A model generated the notes under the pieces. That model saw only the letters and a program-made list of their open reading frames with translations. It did no database searches and had not been told where the DNA came from. From assembly GCA_963699465.1 (NCBI GenBank), contig CAVOTZ010000002.1, positions 120,729-184,728 of the forward strand: DNA of 64,000 bases, read 5' to 3'. Positions within the stretch are counted from its first letter, which is position 1; every line of letters begins with the position of its first letter. Below, in pieces: positions 1 to 12,039 of the stretch. The stretch is from an uncultured Alphaproteobacteria bacterium. GTDB taxonomy: Bacteria; Pseudomonadota; Alphaproteobacteria; Rhizobiales; Xanthobacteraceae. Made by a program: the position numbers and the translations under genes.

Positions 1-613
1 GGCGGACGTGGTATGGACCTATGCCGGCGTGCGTCCGCTGTATGACGACGGCGCCAGCGAAGCCAAGGCCGCGACCCGCGAATATGTCCTCGAACTCGAC
101 ACCCCCGGCGGCGCGCCGCTGCTGTCGATCTATGGCGGCAAGATCACCACCCACCGGCGGCTGGCGGAAGAGGCGCTGGAGCGGCTCGCGCCCTATCTGA
201 AAGACAGCAAGGCCCATGAGGGCTGGACCGCCAAATCGCCGCTGCCCGGCGGCGACCTCGATGTATCCGCGATCGCGGCGCTATCAGCCGAACTGGTCCG
301 CGGCTATCCGTTCCTGACGCCGACCCATGCCGGCCGCCTCGCCCATGCCTATGGCACCCGCGCCGCCAAGGTGCTCGGCAAGGCGAAATCGATCACCGAT
401 CTCGGTCAATCCTTTGGCGCCACCTTGACGGAAGCCGAAGTCAGATACCTGATGACGGTCGAGTGGGCCCTGACCGCGGAAGATATCGTCTGGCGCCGGT
501 CCAAGCTCGGATTGCGACTGTCCGCCGCCGAGATATCGGCCATCGACGACTGGATTTCCGCACACCGGCCCGAGCCTGTCAGCTCCCCGCTGCAGGCGGG
601 AGGGCGTTCATGA
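1..613 (+). CDS. glpD: Glycerol-3-phosphate dehydrogenase, C-terminal part (5' truncated by window edge)
   Basis: WTYAGVRPLYDDG, GGKITT and EDIVWRRSKLGL motifs; lies upstream of a glycerol ABC operon. Confidence 0.93.
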   Translation, partial: ADVVWTYAGVRPLYDDGASEAKAATREYVLELDTPGGAPLLSIYGGKITTHRRLAEEALERLAPYLKDSKAHEGWTAKSPLPGGDLDVSAIAALSAELVRGYPFLTPTHAGRLAHAYGTRAAKVLGKAKSITDLGQSFGATLTEAEVRYLMTVEWALTAEDIVWRRSKLGLRLSAAEISAIDDWISAHRPEPVSSPLQAGGRS

Positions 614-1689
614 GCGTGACCCTCGACCACGTCACCCGCGACATCGATGGCATTCCCGCCATCCGCGATGTCTCGCTGACCCTCGACCGCGGTACGCTGA
701 GCGTGCTGTTGGGGCCGACTCTGTCGGGCAAGACCTCGATCATGCGGCTGCTCGCCGGCCTCGACAAGCCGACCACCGGCCGCGTGCTGGTCGACGGCAA
801 GGATGTCACCGGCCTCGACGTGCGGCAGCGTTCGGTGGCGATGGTCTACCAGCAATTCATCAATTATCCCTCGCTGACGGTCTACGAGAATATCGCCTCG
901 CCGCTGCGGGTTCAGCGCAAGCCGAAGGCGGAGATCGAAAAGCGCGTCGCCGAGGTCGCGGGGCTGCTTCGGCTCGAGCCGTATCTGAAGCGCACGCCGC
1001 TGCAGCTCTCAGGCGGTCAGCAGCAGCGCACCGCGATCGCCCGCGCGCTGGTGAAGGGCGCCGACCTCGTGCTGCTCGACGAGCCGCTCGCCAACCTCGA
1101 CTACAAGCTGCGCGAGGAACTGCGCGCCGAATTGCCGCGGATCTTCGAAGCCTCGGGCGCGATCTTCGTCTATGCCACCACCGAGCCCACCGAGGCGCTG
1201 CTGCTCGGCGGCAACACCATCTGCATGTGGGAAGGTCAGACCCTGCAGGTCGGCGAAACCGCAAAAGTCTATCGCCATCCCGATACGCTGCGGGTGGCGC
1301 AGGTGTTTTCCGATCCGCCGCTCAACATTGTCGGAATCGAAAAGAAAAACGGCTCGGTGCAATACGCCGGCGGCATCTTGGCGCCGGCCAGCGGTCTGTA
1401 CGCCAGTCTCGCCGACGGCGCCTATCGGGTCGGTTTCCGCGCCCATCAACTCGAGATCGCCAATGGCCAGGCCGGCCGCCACGCGTTTTCTGCGACCGTG
1501 ACGGTGACCGAAATCACCGGTTCGGAGAGTTTTGTGCATCTGCATCGCGACGCCTCGAACTGGGTCGCCGTGCTGCATGGCGTGCATGAATTCGCGCCCG
1601 GTCAGCAGCTCGACGCCGTGCTCGATCCAGACAACGTCTTCGTCTTCGATACGGCCGATCGGCTGATCGCTTCTCCCGGTTCGGCGTAG
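610..1689 (+). CDS. glpS: Glycerol ABC transporter ATP-binding subunit (GlpS-like)
   Basis: GPTLSGKT Walker A, LSGGQQQR signature, LLDEP Walker B; ATG at 610 overlaps the glpD TGA. Confidence 0.85.
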   Translation: MSVTLDHVTRDIDGIPAIRDVSLTLDRGTLSVLLGPTLSGKTSIMRLLAGLDKPTTGRVLVDGKDVTGLDVRQRSVAMVYQQFINYPSLTVYENIASPLRVQRKPKAEIEKRVAEVAGLLRLEPYLKRTPLQLSGGQQQRTAIARALVKGADLVLLDEPLANLDYKLREELRAELPRIFEASGAIFVYATTEPTEALLLGGNTICMWEGQTLQVGETAKVYRHPDTLRVAQVFSDPPLNIVGIEKKNGSVQYAGGILAPASGLYASLADGAYRVGFRAHQLEIANGQAGRHAFSATVTVTEITGSESFVHLHRDASNWVAVLHGVHEFAPGQQLDAVLDPDNVFVFDTADRLIASPGSA

Positions 1690-1700
1690 GGGGAGGCAGC

Positions 1701-2785
1701 ATGGCCCGCATCGATCTCGTCGATCTCGCGCATTCCTACGGCGGCAAGGATGCCCCGGAGGAAAGTTTTGCGCTCAAGCCGGTGACCATGACCTGGCGGC
1801 AGGGTGGCGCCTACGCGCTGCTCGGGCCTTCGGGTTGCGGCAAGACCACGCTGCTCAACCTGATTTCCGGAATCGTCACGCCGACCCGCGGCAAGATACT
1901 GTTCGACGGCACCGATATTACGCAGCAGTCGACCGAGAAGCGCAACATCGCCCAGGTGTTTCAGTTTCCCGTGATCTACGACACCATGACGGTCGGCCAG
2001 AACCTGGCGTTCCCGCTGAAGAATCGCGGCGTGCCGAAGCCCGAAATCGAAAAGCGGGTGGCCGAGATTGCGCGCCTGCTTGACCTCACGCCCGATCTCA
2101 ATCGCCGGGCGACGCGGATGACCGCGGACGCCAAGCAGAAGATTTCGCTCGGCCGCGGCCTGGTGCGCCCCGACGTGGCGGCCGTCCTGTTCGACGAACC
2201 GCTCACGGTGATCGATCCCGAGCTGAAATGGCAATTGCGCTCGAAATTGAAGGCGCTGCATCGCGACCTCGATCTCACCATGATCTATGTGACCCACGAC
2301 CAGACCGAGGCGCTGACATTCGCCGACACCGTGGTCGTCATGCATGACGGCCGCGTGGTGCAGAGTGGCACGCCGGCCGAATTGTTCGAGAAGCCCGCGC
2401 ACACCTTTGTCGGCTATTTCATCGGCTCGCCCGGCATGAACGTCGTGCCGGCCGAGGTGAGGGGCCGCGAGGCCCGGATCGGCGGCCACGTTATCGCGCT
2501 CAACCGCAGCTACGATGCGCTGCCGGCTGGAGCGAAAATCGAGATCGGCGTGCGTCCCGAATTCGTCGAGTTGGTGCCGCCGGCGCCCGGGCTGTTGTCC
2601 ACCTCGATCGAGCGGATCGACGATCTCGGCCGCATCCGCTTCGCGCGCGTTCGCGTCGGCCAAACCAGGATGGCCGCGCGTGTGCCGCAGGGCTTCTCCA
2701 GCCCCGACAGCACGGCGTCGCTGAAGTTCGATCCGGCGCACATCCATGTCTATGCCGACAGCCTGCTGGTTGAAGGAGCGGCGCG

Positions 2786-2789
<4 letters not shown>
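1701..2789 (+). CDS. glpT: Glycerol ABC transporter ATP-binding subunit (GlpT-like)
   Basis: GPSGCGKT, degenerate signature (TADAKQK), LFDEP, YVTHDQ; GGAGG RBS. Confidence 0.85.
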
Positions 2790-3661
<872 letters not shown>

Positions 3662-3673
3662 AGGAGGCCGGAG

Positions 3674-4483
3674 ATGCAGAAACAAGGCATCCTCCCGAAG
3701 TCGGCCTGGTGTTCGTTTCCTGATCTGTCTGTTGCTGCCGATCTATTGGCTGATCAACATGAGCTTCAAGACCAACGAAGAGATCGTCTCGACCATGACG
3801 CTGTGGCCGCATCACCCGACGCTGATCGAGTACTACTTCATCTTCACCGATGAGAGCTGGATTCCGGCTATTTCGGTGTCGCTGAAATACGTTGTGATCA
3901 ATACCGTGATCTCGATCTCGGTGGCGCTGCCGGCGGCTTATGCCTTCTCGCGTTATCGCTTCCTCGGCGACAAGCATCTGTTCTTCTGGCTGCTGTCGAA
4001 CCTGATGGCGCCGGCCGCGGTGTTTGCGTTGCCGTTCTTCAATCTGTATTCGGCGATCGGCCTGTTCGATACGCCGTGGGCGGTGGCGCTGGCGCATTGC
4101 CTGTTCAACGTGCCGCTGGCGGTCTGGATCCTCGAAGGATTCGTAGCCGGCGTGCCGCGCGAGATCGACGAGACCGCGTTCCTCGACGGCTATTCGTTCC
4201 CGCGGTTCTTCATCAGAATCTTCGTGCCGCTGATCGCCAGCGGCATCGGCGTCGCGGCTTTCTTCTGCTTCATGTTCTCCTGGGTCGAACTGCTGCTGGC
4301 GCGCACGCTGACCGCGTCAATGCCAAGCCGATTGCCGCGGTCATGACCCGCACGTTCTCGGCGGCCGGAATGGACTGGGGGCTGCTGGCCGCGGCCGGCG
4401 TGCTGACCATCATTCCCGGCGCGCTGGTGATCTGGTTCGTCCGCAATTACATCGCGCGCGGCTTCGCGCTCGGCAGGGTTTAG
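3674..4483 (+). CDS. glpQ: Carbohydrate ABC permease (GlpQ-like), frameshifted
   Basis: LPIYWLINMSFKT, EAA loop PREIDETAFLDG; C-terminus WFVRNYIARGFALGRV in a second frame. Confidence 0.75.
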
Positions 4484-4492
4484 GAGGCAGGC

Positions 4493-4777
4493 ATGGAAAA
4501 CATCGCATGGATGGCCTGGACGCTGCCGACCGCGATCTTCTTTGTGCTGCTCGCGCTGACGCTTGTCGTTCATGACCTGGCTTGCGATCTACCGGCCCGA
4601 GGCGCCGCGCAAGGGGATTCTCGGATTCCGACCACGCGCGGCGATCGCTTGTTCATTTCGCTGATCGGCTGCCGCGTTCATATGCATCCTGTGGATCGCG
4701 CTTCGGCGGCGGAGAGCTCTGGTACGCGCTCGGCGATTTGATTCGCGTTCGCCGTTGCGATGTTTCGTTCTGCGTGA
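4493..4777 (+). CDS. Small membrane protein of the glycerol operon (DUF2160/GlpU-like), frameshifted
   Basis: WMAWTLPTAIFF and TTRGDRLFISL motifs; GGAGG RBS. Confidence 0.7.
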
Positions 4778-4840
4778 ACGTCGAACTGCCTAAGCGCAGA
4801 TGGTGCACCGGGCCTGAAAGTACGTGGAGGAAGAACCAAC

Positions 4841-6679
4841 ATGGATATCGAAACGATCGTGACGTTTCTGAAGGGTGCAGGCGCGGCCGCGCGCAGCGGT
4901 CGCGGTCGGAGCGCCGGCATTGCTGACGCCGACCGTCGAGCTATGCGCAACAGGTCGATGCCGCCAAGAAATGGATCGACAACGAGTTTCAACCCTCGAC
5001 GCTGTCCAAGGAAGACCAGATGGAGGAGATGGAGTGGTTCATCAAGGCCGCCGACCCTTCAAGGGCATGGAGATCAGCGCGGTCTCCGAAACTCTCGGCG
5101 TGCACGAGTATGAAGTCGAAGACGCTGGCCAAGGCGTTCGAGGAAATCACCGGCATCAAGGTCAAGCACGACATCATCCAGGAAGGCTGATGGTCGAAAA
5201 GATCCAGACCCAGATGCAGTCCGGCAAGAACGTCTATGACTCCTGGATCAACAACTCCGACTTCATCGGCACCCATTCGCGCTACGCGAGACGTCGGCGG
5301 TCGTTGACGGACTGGATGGCGGGCGAAGCCAAGGACGTCACCAATCCCGATCTCGACGTCAACGACTTCATCGGCAAGTCGTTCACGACGGCGCCGAACG
5401 GCCATCTCTACCAGTTGCCGGACCAGCAGTTCGCCAACCTCTATTGGTTCCGCTACGACTGGTTCACGAAATCCGAACTACAAGGCCAAGTTCAAGGCCA
5501 AGTATGGCTACGAGCTCGGCGTTCCCGTGAACTGGTCGGCCTATGAAGACATCGCCGACTTCTTCACCAACGACGTCAAGGAAATCAACGGCGTCAGCGG
5601 GTCTATGGCCACATGGATTACGGCAAGAAGGATCCGTCGCTCGGCTGGCGATTCACCGACGCCTGGCTGTCGATGGCCGGCAACGGCGACAAGGGCCTGC
5701 CGAACGGCATACCGGTCGACGAATGGGGCATCCGCATGGAAGGATGGCATTCCGCGTCGGCTCCTCGGTCGAGCGTGGCGGCGACGTCAACGGCCCGGCG
5801 GCGGTCTATTCGATCGTCAAGTTCGTCGACTGGCTGAAGAAGTATGCCCCGCCGCAGGCGCAAGGCATGGACTTCCTCGAAGCCGGGGCCGGTGCCCGGG
5901 CAGGGCAATATCGCCCAGCAGATCTTCTGGTACACCGCCTTCACCGCCGACATGGTGAAGCCCGGCCTGCCGGTGATGAACTGCGGACGGTACGCCGAAG
6001 TGGCGCATGGCACCGAGCCCGCACGGCGCGTACTGGAAGGAAGGCATGAAGCTCGGCTACCAGGACGTCGGCTGCTGGACGCTATCTGAAATATGCCGAC
6101 CCCGATCGACCGCCGCAAGGCGGGCTGGCTCTACGGGCAGTTCATCGTCTCCAAGACGGTCTCGCTGAAGAAGTCGATCACGTTCTCACGTTCATCCGCG
6201 AGTGCGACATCTGGGCGGACGCGATCACGGAGCTTGCGCCGAAGCTCGGCGGCCTGATCGAGTTCTACCGCAGCCCGGCGCGCGTGCAGTGGACTCCGAC
6301 CGGCAACAACGTGCCGGAATACCGAAGCTGGCGCAATTGTGGTGGCAGAACATCGGCGAAGGCGATCTCCGGGCGAAGACGCCGCAGCAGGCGATGGACG
6401 GGCTGGCCGCGGCGCAGGATGATGTCATGGAGCGTCTGGAGAAATCCGGCGTGCAGGGCAAGCTTGCGGCCGAAGCTCAACGAAGAGAAGACCGCCGAGT
6501 ACTGGTTCGCCAAGTCCGCGAAGGACGGCAACATCGCGCCGCAGCGCAAGCTGGCGAACGAGAAGCCGAAGGGCGAAACCATCGACTACGACACTCTGAT
6601 CAAGTCATGGCCGGCGACGCCGAAGCGTGTCCGCGACGATAGAAGCAAGGCCGGGGTAATCCCGCGCCGTAATCATTGA
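4841..6679 (+). CDS. glpV: Glycerol ABC transporter substrate-binding protein (GlpV-like), many frameshifts
   Basis: Fragments YQLPDQQFANLYWFRYDWF, MDYGKKDPSLGWRFTDAWLSMAG, QWTPTG and KPKGETIDYDTLIKSW in changing frames. Confidence 0.75.
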
Positions 6680-6832
6680 AGCCGACAGCCCACTGAAAGA
6701 AGCCGAAGGCCGGGAGCGATCCCGAGCCTCTACGAGCTATTGCGATCGCGTGAACGGTCTAGCTGACAATGGCCATTGACCGTTGTTGGCCCGCGCCGCA
6801 GCATGCCGGGTGTCGTCGTACAGGAGTTTGCC

Positions 6833-7567
6833 ATGCGCATGATTTTCCGCTGCGATCCGGCATTGTCGGATCATCTGCCGCGGCCGGTGCCGGCGCGTGG
6901 CGTGCTGCCGGACTGGCTGCGCGCGATGCCGGCGAAGGCGCATTCCGACATCCACGGCCGCGACATCCGCACCGTCAAGCAGTGCCCGCCCTTCATCGAT
7001 GCGATGGCCTACGGCGTCATGATCCTGTTGCCCTGCGACGTCACGGTCGATCGCGGCGTCGTTCATCGTGGACCTGGGACATTCCGGAGCCGGCGACGTC
7101 GGAGCCATCCGCGCGCGCCGTTGAGCTTTCATCGTCGCGGCGCAGTTTCCCGACGCGCCGTTTGCCGCGCGAGGGGCAGGCCGCGCTCAAGTTCAACAGT
7201 TTCTGGACCGATCGAGCTCGAGCCCGGCTGGTCGCTGTTCGCGACCCATCCGGTCAACCGCGACGATCTGCCGTTTCGCCTGATCTCGGGACTGGTCGAT
7301 GCCGATCGCTTCCACGACGGCGGCATCAATTTCCCGGCGGTCTGGACCGCAGCCGGAGTTTTCCGGCGTGCTGCCGAAGGGCACGCCGGTGGCGCAATGC
7401 TTCGCGGTGCCGCGCGAAGCGCCGCAGCTGGAGTTTGAAAGTTTCGATGAGCCGCACCAGGCGGCCTATGCGAAGACCGTCGCCGAGGTGCTTGTCGACG
7501 CCCGGCGTCTACCGCAAACGCTTTCGCGCGCGGCGCGGGCGCTCAGCCGCCGAGGAAACTCGAGTGA
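6833..7567 (+). CDS. Conserved hypothetical protein (DUF6065-like), frameshifted
   Basis: MRMIFRCDP...PDWLRAMP...TVKQCPPFIDAM; WSLFATHPVNRDDLPF; LPKGTPVAQCF. Confidence 0.6.
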
Positions 7568-8365
7568 GCGGCGCAGCGCCGCCTCGTCCAGCCACAGCCG
7601 GCCGTGCGACGCCGATGTCAGCGCCATGCGCGATCGGGCCGAAACTGGAAGGTCGGAGCCGATAGGCCTGCGCATAGGCGCGCATCGCGTTGTCGATGTC
7701 GCCGCTTTCCTGCAGCACCACGCCGAGATTGAGCGCTGCTTCCGCATGGTCGGGCTTTATCTCGATCGCCATGCGGTAGGCCGCCGCCGATCCGGCATGG
7801 TCGCGCAGATCCTGCCGCGCGAGGCCGAGATTGAACCAGACCGAGGCGGGGGCATCGCCGGCCGCGGCGCGCTCCAGCAGGCTGACAGCTTCGGCGTGAT
7901 CGCCGTCCTCCCACGCCAGCCGGCCAAGCCGGGCGGCGGCCTCCTGATGCTGCGGAATGATCTTTAAAATCGCGCGCCAGGCCTCGCGCGCCTGCGGCGC
8001 CAGGCCTGCCTGGTCCAGCGTCCGCGCCTTTTCGACAAACACCTCGCGCTGCGGCGACAACGCGATCGCGCGATCCAGATGTTTAGCGCGGCGTCGAAGT
8101 CCGAGGCCGCGCGCGCGATCCGCGCTGCCAGCAGCAAGGCCGCGGCATTATCCGGGCGTTTTGCCAGGCTGGCCTCGATCGGCGCGCGCGCCGCGGCGAC
8201 CTCGCCCTTGGAAAACAGCACCGCGGCCAGCAGATGGCCGAGCATGGGATCGCCGGGCTTTTGCTCAAGCCCCTTCTCGCAGAGCTTTTGCGCTTCGTCC
8301 GGCTGCCCGGCATTGAACGCCACTGTCGCGCGGCGGACGATTTCCTCTGGCGTCGATGGGCTCAT
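7543..8365 (-). CDS. Tetratricopeptide-repeat protein, frameshifted near 8085
   Basis: TPR units such as VWFNLGLARQDL and AALNLGVVLQESGD in two successive ORFs. Confidence 0.7.
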
Positions 8366-8406
8366 GGAGCGGCGGGCCTGCACTGGATAAGTCAGTGCAT
8401 TCTACC

Positions 8407-8488
8407 CGTCATTGCGAGCGAAGAGAAGCAATCCAGAGCCGCAAAGCATGACTGGATTGCTTCGTCGCTAACGCTCCTCGCAATGACG
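8407..8488. repeat. REP-like palindrome family A (CGTCATTGCGAG...GAAGCAATC / GATTGCTTC...CTCGCAATGACG)
   Basis: Inverted repeat; further copies at 9758-9839, 43754-43835 and 53056-53170. Confidence 0.85.
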
Positions 8489-8504
8489 GCGGAGAGGCAT
8501 CGCC

Positions 8505-9608
8505 TTATCCCGCCGCGTCCGCTGCCGCTCCAAGCACCGGGTAATCCGTATAGCCCATGGCACCGCCGCCGTAGAAGGTGGCCTTGTCAGGCACATTGAG
8601 GGCCGCGCCCTTCTTCAGCCGCTCGACCAGATCGGGGTTGGCGATGAACGGTTTTCCGAACGCGATCAAATCGGCCGCGTCGGCCGCCAGCACCTTGGTG
8701 GCGAGTTCGAAGTCGTAGCCGTTATTGGCGATGTAGGCCTGCTTGAAGCGCTTGCGCAAGGAGCCGTAGTCGAACGGTGCGATGTCGCGCGCGCCGCCGG
8801 TGGCGCCTTCGATGACGTGGATATAGACCAGCTTCAGCGCATTGAGATGATCGACGATGTAGTCGAACAGCGGCTGCGGGTTGGAGTCGGAGATGTCGTT
8901 GGACGGCGTCACCGGTGACAGCCGGATGCCGGTGCGCTCGGCGCCGATCTCGGCCACCACCGCCTTCGAAACTTCCAGCATCAGTTTGGCGCGGTTCTCG
9001 ATCGAGCCGCCATAGGCATCGGTGCGCTTGTTGGTGCCGTCCTTGGCGAATTGATCGAGCAGATAACCGTTGGCGCCATGCACCTCGACGCCATCGAACC
9101 CGGCCGCGATCGCATTCGCGGCGCCGCGCCTGAAACTTTCGATGATGCCGGGGATTTCGTCCAGCGCCAGCGCGCGCGGCGCGGAGCAATCGGCAAACGT
9201 GTTGTTGACGAACGTCTTGCCCTTGGCGGGGATCGCCGACGGCGCCACCGGCGCGATGCCGTTTTCCTGCAGAGCGGTGTGCGAGATGCGGCCGACATGC
9301 CAGGCCTGCAGGAAAATCCGCCCGCCGCGTTGATGCACGGCGTCGGTGACCTTGCGCCAGCCCGCGACCTGTTCCCTGGAATAGATGCCGGGCGTGTCCT
9401 GGTAGCCCTGGCCCTGCTGCGAGACCTGGCTCGCCTCTGATATCAGGAGACCCGCGGTCGCGCGCTGCGCATAATACTCCACCGCCAGCGGGTTTGGCAC
9501 CATGCCCGCGACCGCGCGGTTGCGCGTCAGCGGCGCCATCACGAAGCGGTTGGGCAGCGTGAGCGGGCCAAGCTTGTAGCTGTCGAACAGTTTGGTTGGC
9601 GTGGTCAT
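8505..9608 (-). CDS. Old Yellow Enzyme family alkene reductase (NemA-like)
   Basis: MAPLTRNRA, QAWHVGR, GVEVHGANGYLLDQF, NKRTDAYGGS and GYTDYP motifs. Confidence 0.92.
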   Translation of the reverse strand: MTTPTKLFDSYKLGPLTLPNRFVMAPLTRNRAVAGMVPNPLAVEYYAQRATAGLLISEASQVSQQGQGYQDTPGIYSREQVAGWRKVTDAVHQRGGRIFLQAWHVGRISHTALQENGIAPVAPSAIPAKGKTFVNNTFADCSAPRALALDEIPGIIESFRRGAANAIAAGFDGVEVHGANGYLLDQFAKDGTNKRTDAYGGSIENRAKLMLEVSKAVVAEIGAERTGIRLSPVTPSNDISDSNPQPLFDYIVDHLNALKLVYIHVIEGATGGARDIAPFDYGSLRKRFKQAYIANNGYDFELATKVLAADAADLIAFGKPFIANPDLVERLKKGAALNVPDKATFYGGGAMGYTDYPVLGAAADAAG

Positions 9609-9757
9609 TTTTTGCTTTTCCGGAAAATTGTGGATGAGGAGAGGTTGGCGATTATCACGGTCGCTTGCAAGGGGAGGAGCCGATGCGGCGTCATGCCCGG
9701 TTTGCGTGGAATGAATTGGTTAAAAATCGTGCGGGGTGCGAAAAAATGCCTCCACGC

Positions 9758-9839
9758 CGTCAGTACGAGCGCAGCGAAGCAATCCAGAGCCAGGAAGAAA
9801 GACTGGATTGCTTCGTCGCAAGAGCTCCTCGCAATGACG
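9758..9839. repeat. REP-like palindrome family A copy
   Basis: GCGAAGCAATCCAG...CTGGATTGCTTCGTCGC...CTCGCAATGACG. Confidence 0.8.
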
Positions 9840-9850
9840 TAAGCTAAGCC

Positions 9851-10354
9851 TCAGCTCACTCCGAGGAAATCGCGCTTGCCGATTTCGACGCCGTTGTGGC
9901 GCAGAATGCCGTGGGCGGTGGCGGCGTGGAAGTAGAAGTTCGGGAACGCGACGTTGCTGAGGAACGCCTGTCCCTTCAGGGTCATGGTCTTGTCGGGCCC
10001 GGTCGGGAAGGTGACGTCCTTGGTGTCGGCGCCCTCGAACTGGGCCGGCTTGAACGCCCTGACATACGCGATGGTCTTGGCGAGCCGCTGGCGCAATTCC
10101 TCAAACGTCTTCTCGGTGTCCGGCGTCGTCGGCACGTCGCCATGGGTCAGCCGTGCGCAGCTTTTGGCCGCGAAATCGCTGACCAGCTGGATCTGCTTGC
10201 TGAACGGCAGCATGTCCGGATAGAGCCGCGATCCGAGGATGACATCGGGATTGATATTCTTCGCCTTGCAGTGCGCCTCGGCCTTGGTGAGGATGCCGGT
10301 CAGGCTGCCGAGGATTTGCAGGAACGCGGGGACGGAGGCGTCGTAGAAGGACAT
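9851..10354 (-). CDS. DUF1993 (DinB-like) protein
   Basis: RLYPDMLPF and PNFYFHAATAHGILRHNGVEIGKRDFLG. Confidence 0.88.
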   Translation of the reverse strand: MSFYDASVPAFLQILGSLTGILTKAEAHCKAKNINPDVILGSRLYPDMLPFSKQIQLVSDFAAKSCARLTHGDVPTTPDTEKTFEELRQRLAKTIAYVRAFKPAQFEGADTKDVTFPTGPDKTMTLKGQAFLSNVAFPNFYFHAATAHGILRHNGVEIGKRDFLGVS

Positions 10355-10487
10355 GTGCTGCTCTTTTCGTTGGGTGGAATATTGCTGTCGCGGGGACCGC
10401 TGTACACGAAATGGGAGTGCTGCGGGGCGATTACAACGGCTGCGATGCGGTGCGAATTAGCTTGACGAGCAAGCGCTCGCGCTTCTG

Positions 10488-10599
10488 CTCCCCTCCCCCT
10501 TGCGGGGAGGGGTCGGGGGTGGGGGTGCCGCGCGCTCAGCATTCGCGGCTACCCCCACCCCGACCCTCCCCCGCAAGGGCCCCGCAAGGGGGGAGGGAG
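10488..10599. repeat. REP-like palindrome family B (CCCTCCCCC/CCTCTCCC...GGGAGAGGG)
   Basis: Double hairpin; related copies at 20008-20128, 50571-50671, 57057-57160 and 59134-59269. Confidence 0.8.
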
Positions 10600-10608
10600 T
10601 AGTCCGCG

Positions 10609-11958
10609 CTACCGCACCGCCGCCGCTCCGCTCGCCGCCGCGGGCCCGCGCATCCTGGTCAGCAATTCCGCGGTCGGCCACGAATCCGCCGGCAGGCCGT
10701 ACTTGATCTGCATCGCCTTCACCGCGCTGCGGCTTTGCTGGCCCATCACGCCGTCGATCTTGCCGACGTTGAAGCCGGCGCGCACCAATAGCTGCTGCAG
10801 TTCGCGCAGCTCGTTGAACGGCAGTTGCGCCACCGGTGCGGCGGGCCGGCGCATCGGTGCTGCACCCGCGATCCGGGTGGCGAGATAGCCCGCGGTGGTC
10901 GAATAGATCAGCGAGTTATTCCACTCGGTGTAGGCCGCGAAATTGGCATAGGCCAGAAACGCCGGCCCGTTGCGGCCCATCGGCAGCAACAGCGAGGCCG
11001 GCATATCGTCGTTCGGCAACGCCTTGCCGTCGGGATAGGACACGCCGAACCCCGCCCATTTCGAGCGTGGCAGTTGTATCGTCAGGTCGGCCTGGTCCCA
11101 CGGCAGGTTCTGGGGCACGCGGACCTCCTGCAGCCACGGTTCGCCACGCCGCCATTTCAAGCCATTGGCGATGTAGTTCGCGGTCGAGCCGATCACGTCG
11201 GCCGGACTGCTCAAGAGGTTGCGCCGTCCGTCGCCGTCGTAATCGACCGCATAGTTGAAATAATGCGTCGGCAGAAATTGCGTCTGGCCGAGTTCGCCGG
11301 CCCACGAGCCGACCATTTCCTCCGGCGACAGATCGCCACGGTCGATGATCTTCAGCGCCGCGATGGTTTCGTTCTCGAACATCTCCGAGCGCCGGCAATC
11401 ATAGGCCAGCGACACCAGCGAGCGCAGCGTCGGCAGATTACCCATGTTGGCGCCAAAGTCGCTCTCGAGTCCCCAAAACGCGGCGATCACCGCCGGCGGC
11501 ACGCCATATTCCTTTTCCGCGCGCGCGAACGCCGCCTGGTTGGCGCGGATGCGCTCCTGGCCCTGTTGCATGCGATAGCTAGCTGCCATCCGGCCGGCGA
11601 ACTCGGTAAACACCTGGCCAAACACGCGCTGGCCGCGGTCGCGGTTGACGATGCCCTGGTCGTAGACCATGCCGGGCGAGCCTTCCGCGAGCGCGCGCTG
11701 CGACACCCCGGCCGCGGCCGCCTTCTGCTTCAGCTCGGCCAGGAAGCGGTCGAATGACATGCCGTTATGGCACGCCGCGCCACCGCGCAACACCGGCGCC
11801 GCCGTTGCTCTGGGCGCGGCGGTAACCGGCCGGGGCGCGGCGGCGGCAGGCCGTATCGGCGGAGGGAAGGGTTGTTGCCCAAACGCCGCCGGGAAAAGTA
11901 GGAGAGACGCCGCAAAGGCGGAGATTGCAATTCGAAAATCAAACAGAGACATTGGCAA
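10609..11958 (-). CDS. Lytic murein transglycosylase (SLT_2/MltB type) with C-terminal PG-binding domain; start uncertain
   Basis: FWGLESDFG, GSWAGELGQTQFLP, AVDYDGDGRRNL, IDGVMG motifs; signal peptide. Confidence 0.88.
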   Translation of the reverse strand: MPMSLFDFRIAISAFAASLLLFPAAFGQQPFPPPIRPAAAAPRPVTAAPRATAAPVLRGGAACHNGMSFDRFLAELKQKAAAAGVSQRALAEGSPGMVYDQGIVNRDRGQRVFGQVFTEFAGRMAASYRMQQGQERIRANQAAFARAEKEYGVPPAVIAAFWGLESDFGANMGNLPTLRSLVSLAYDCRRSEMFENETIAALKIIDRGDLSPEEMVGSWAGELGQTQFLPTHYFNYAVDYDGDGRRNLLSSPADVIGSTANYIANGLKWRRGEPWLQEVRVPQNLPWDQADLTIQLPRSKWAGFGVSYPDGKALPNDDMPASLLLPMGRNGPAFLAYANFAAYTEWNNSLIYSTTAGYLATRIAGAAPMRRPAAPVAQLPFNELRELQQLLVRAGFNVGKIDGVMGQQSRSAVKAMQIKYGLPADSWPTAELLTRMRGPAAASGAAAVR

Positions 11959-12039
11959 TATCACCGGTTGGCGAAAAATGTTCCGATGTTTCGAATATCG
12001 CAAAACCGGCCCGAAAGGAAATGCGCCTTGTAATCCGCC

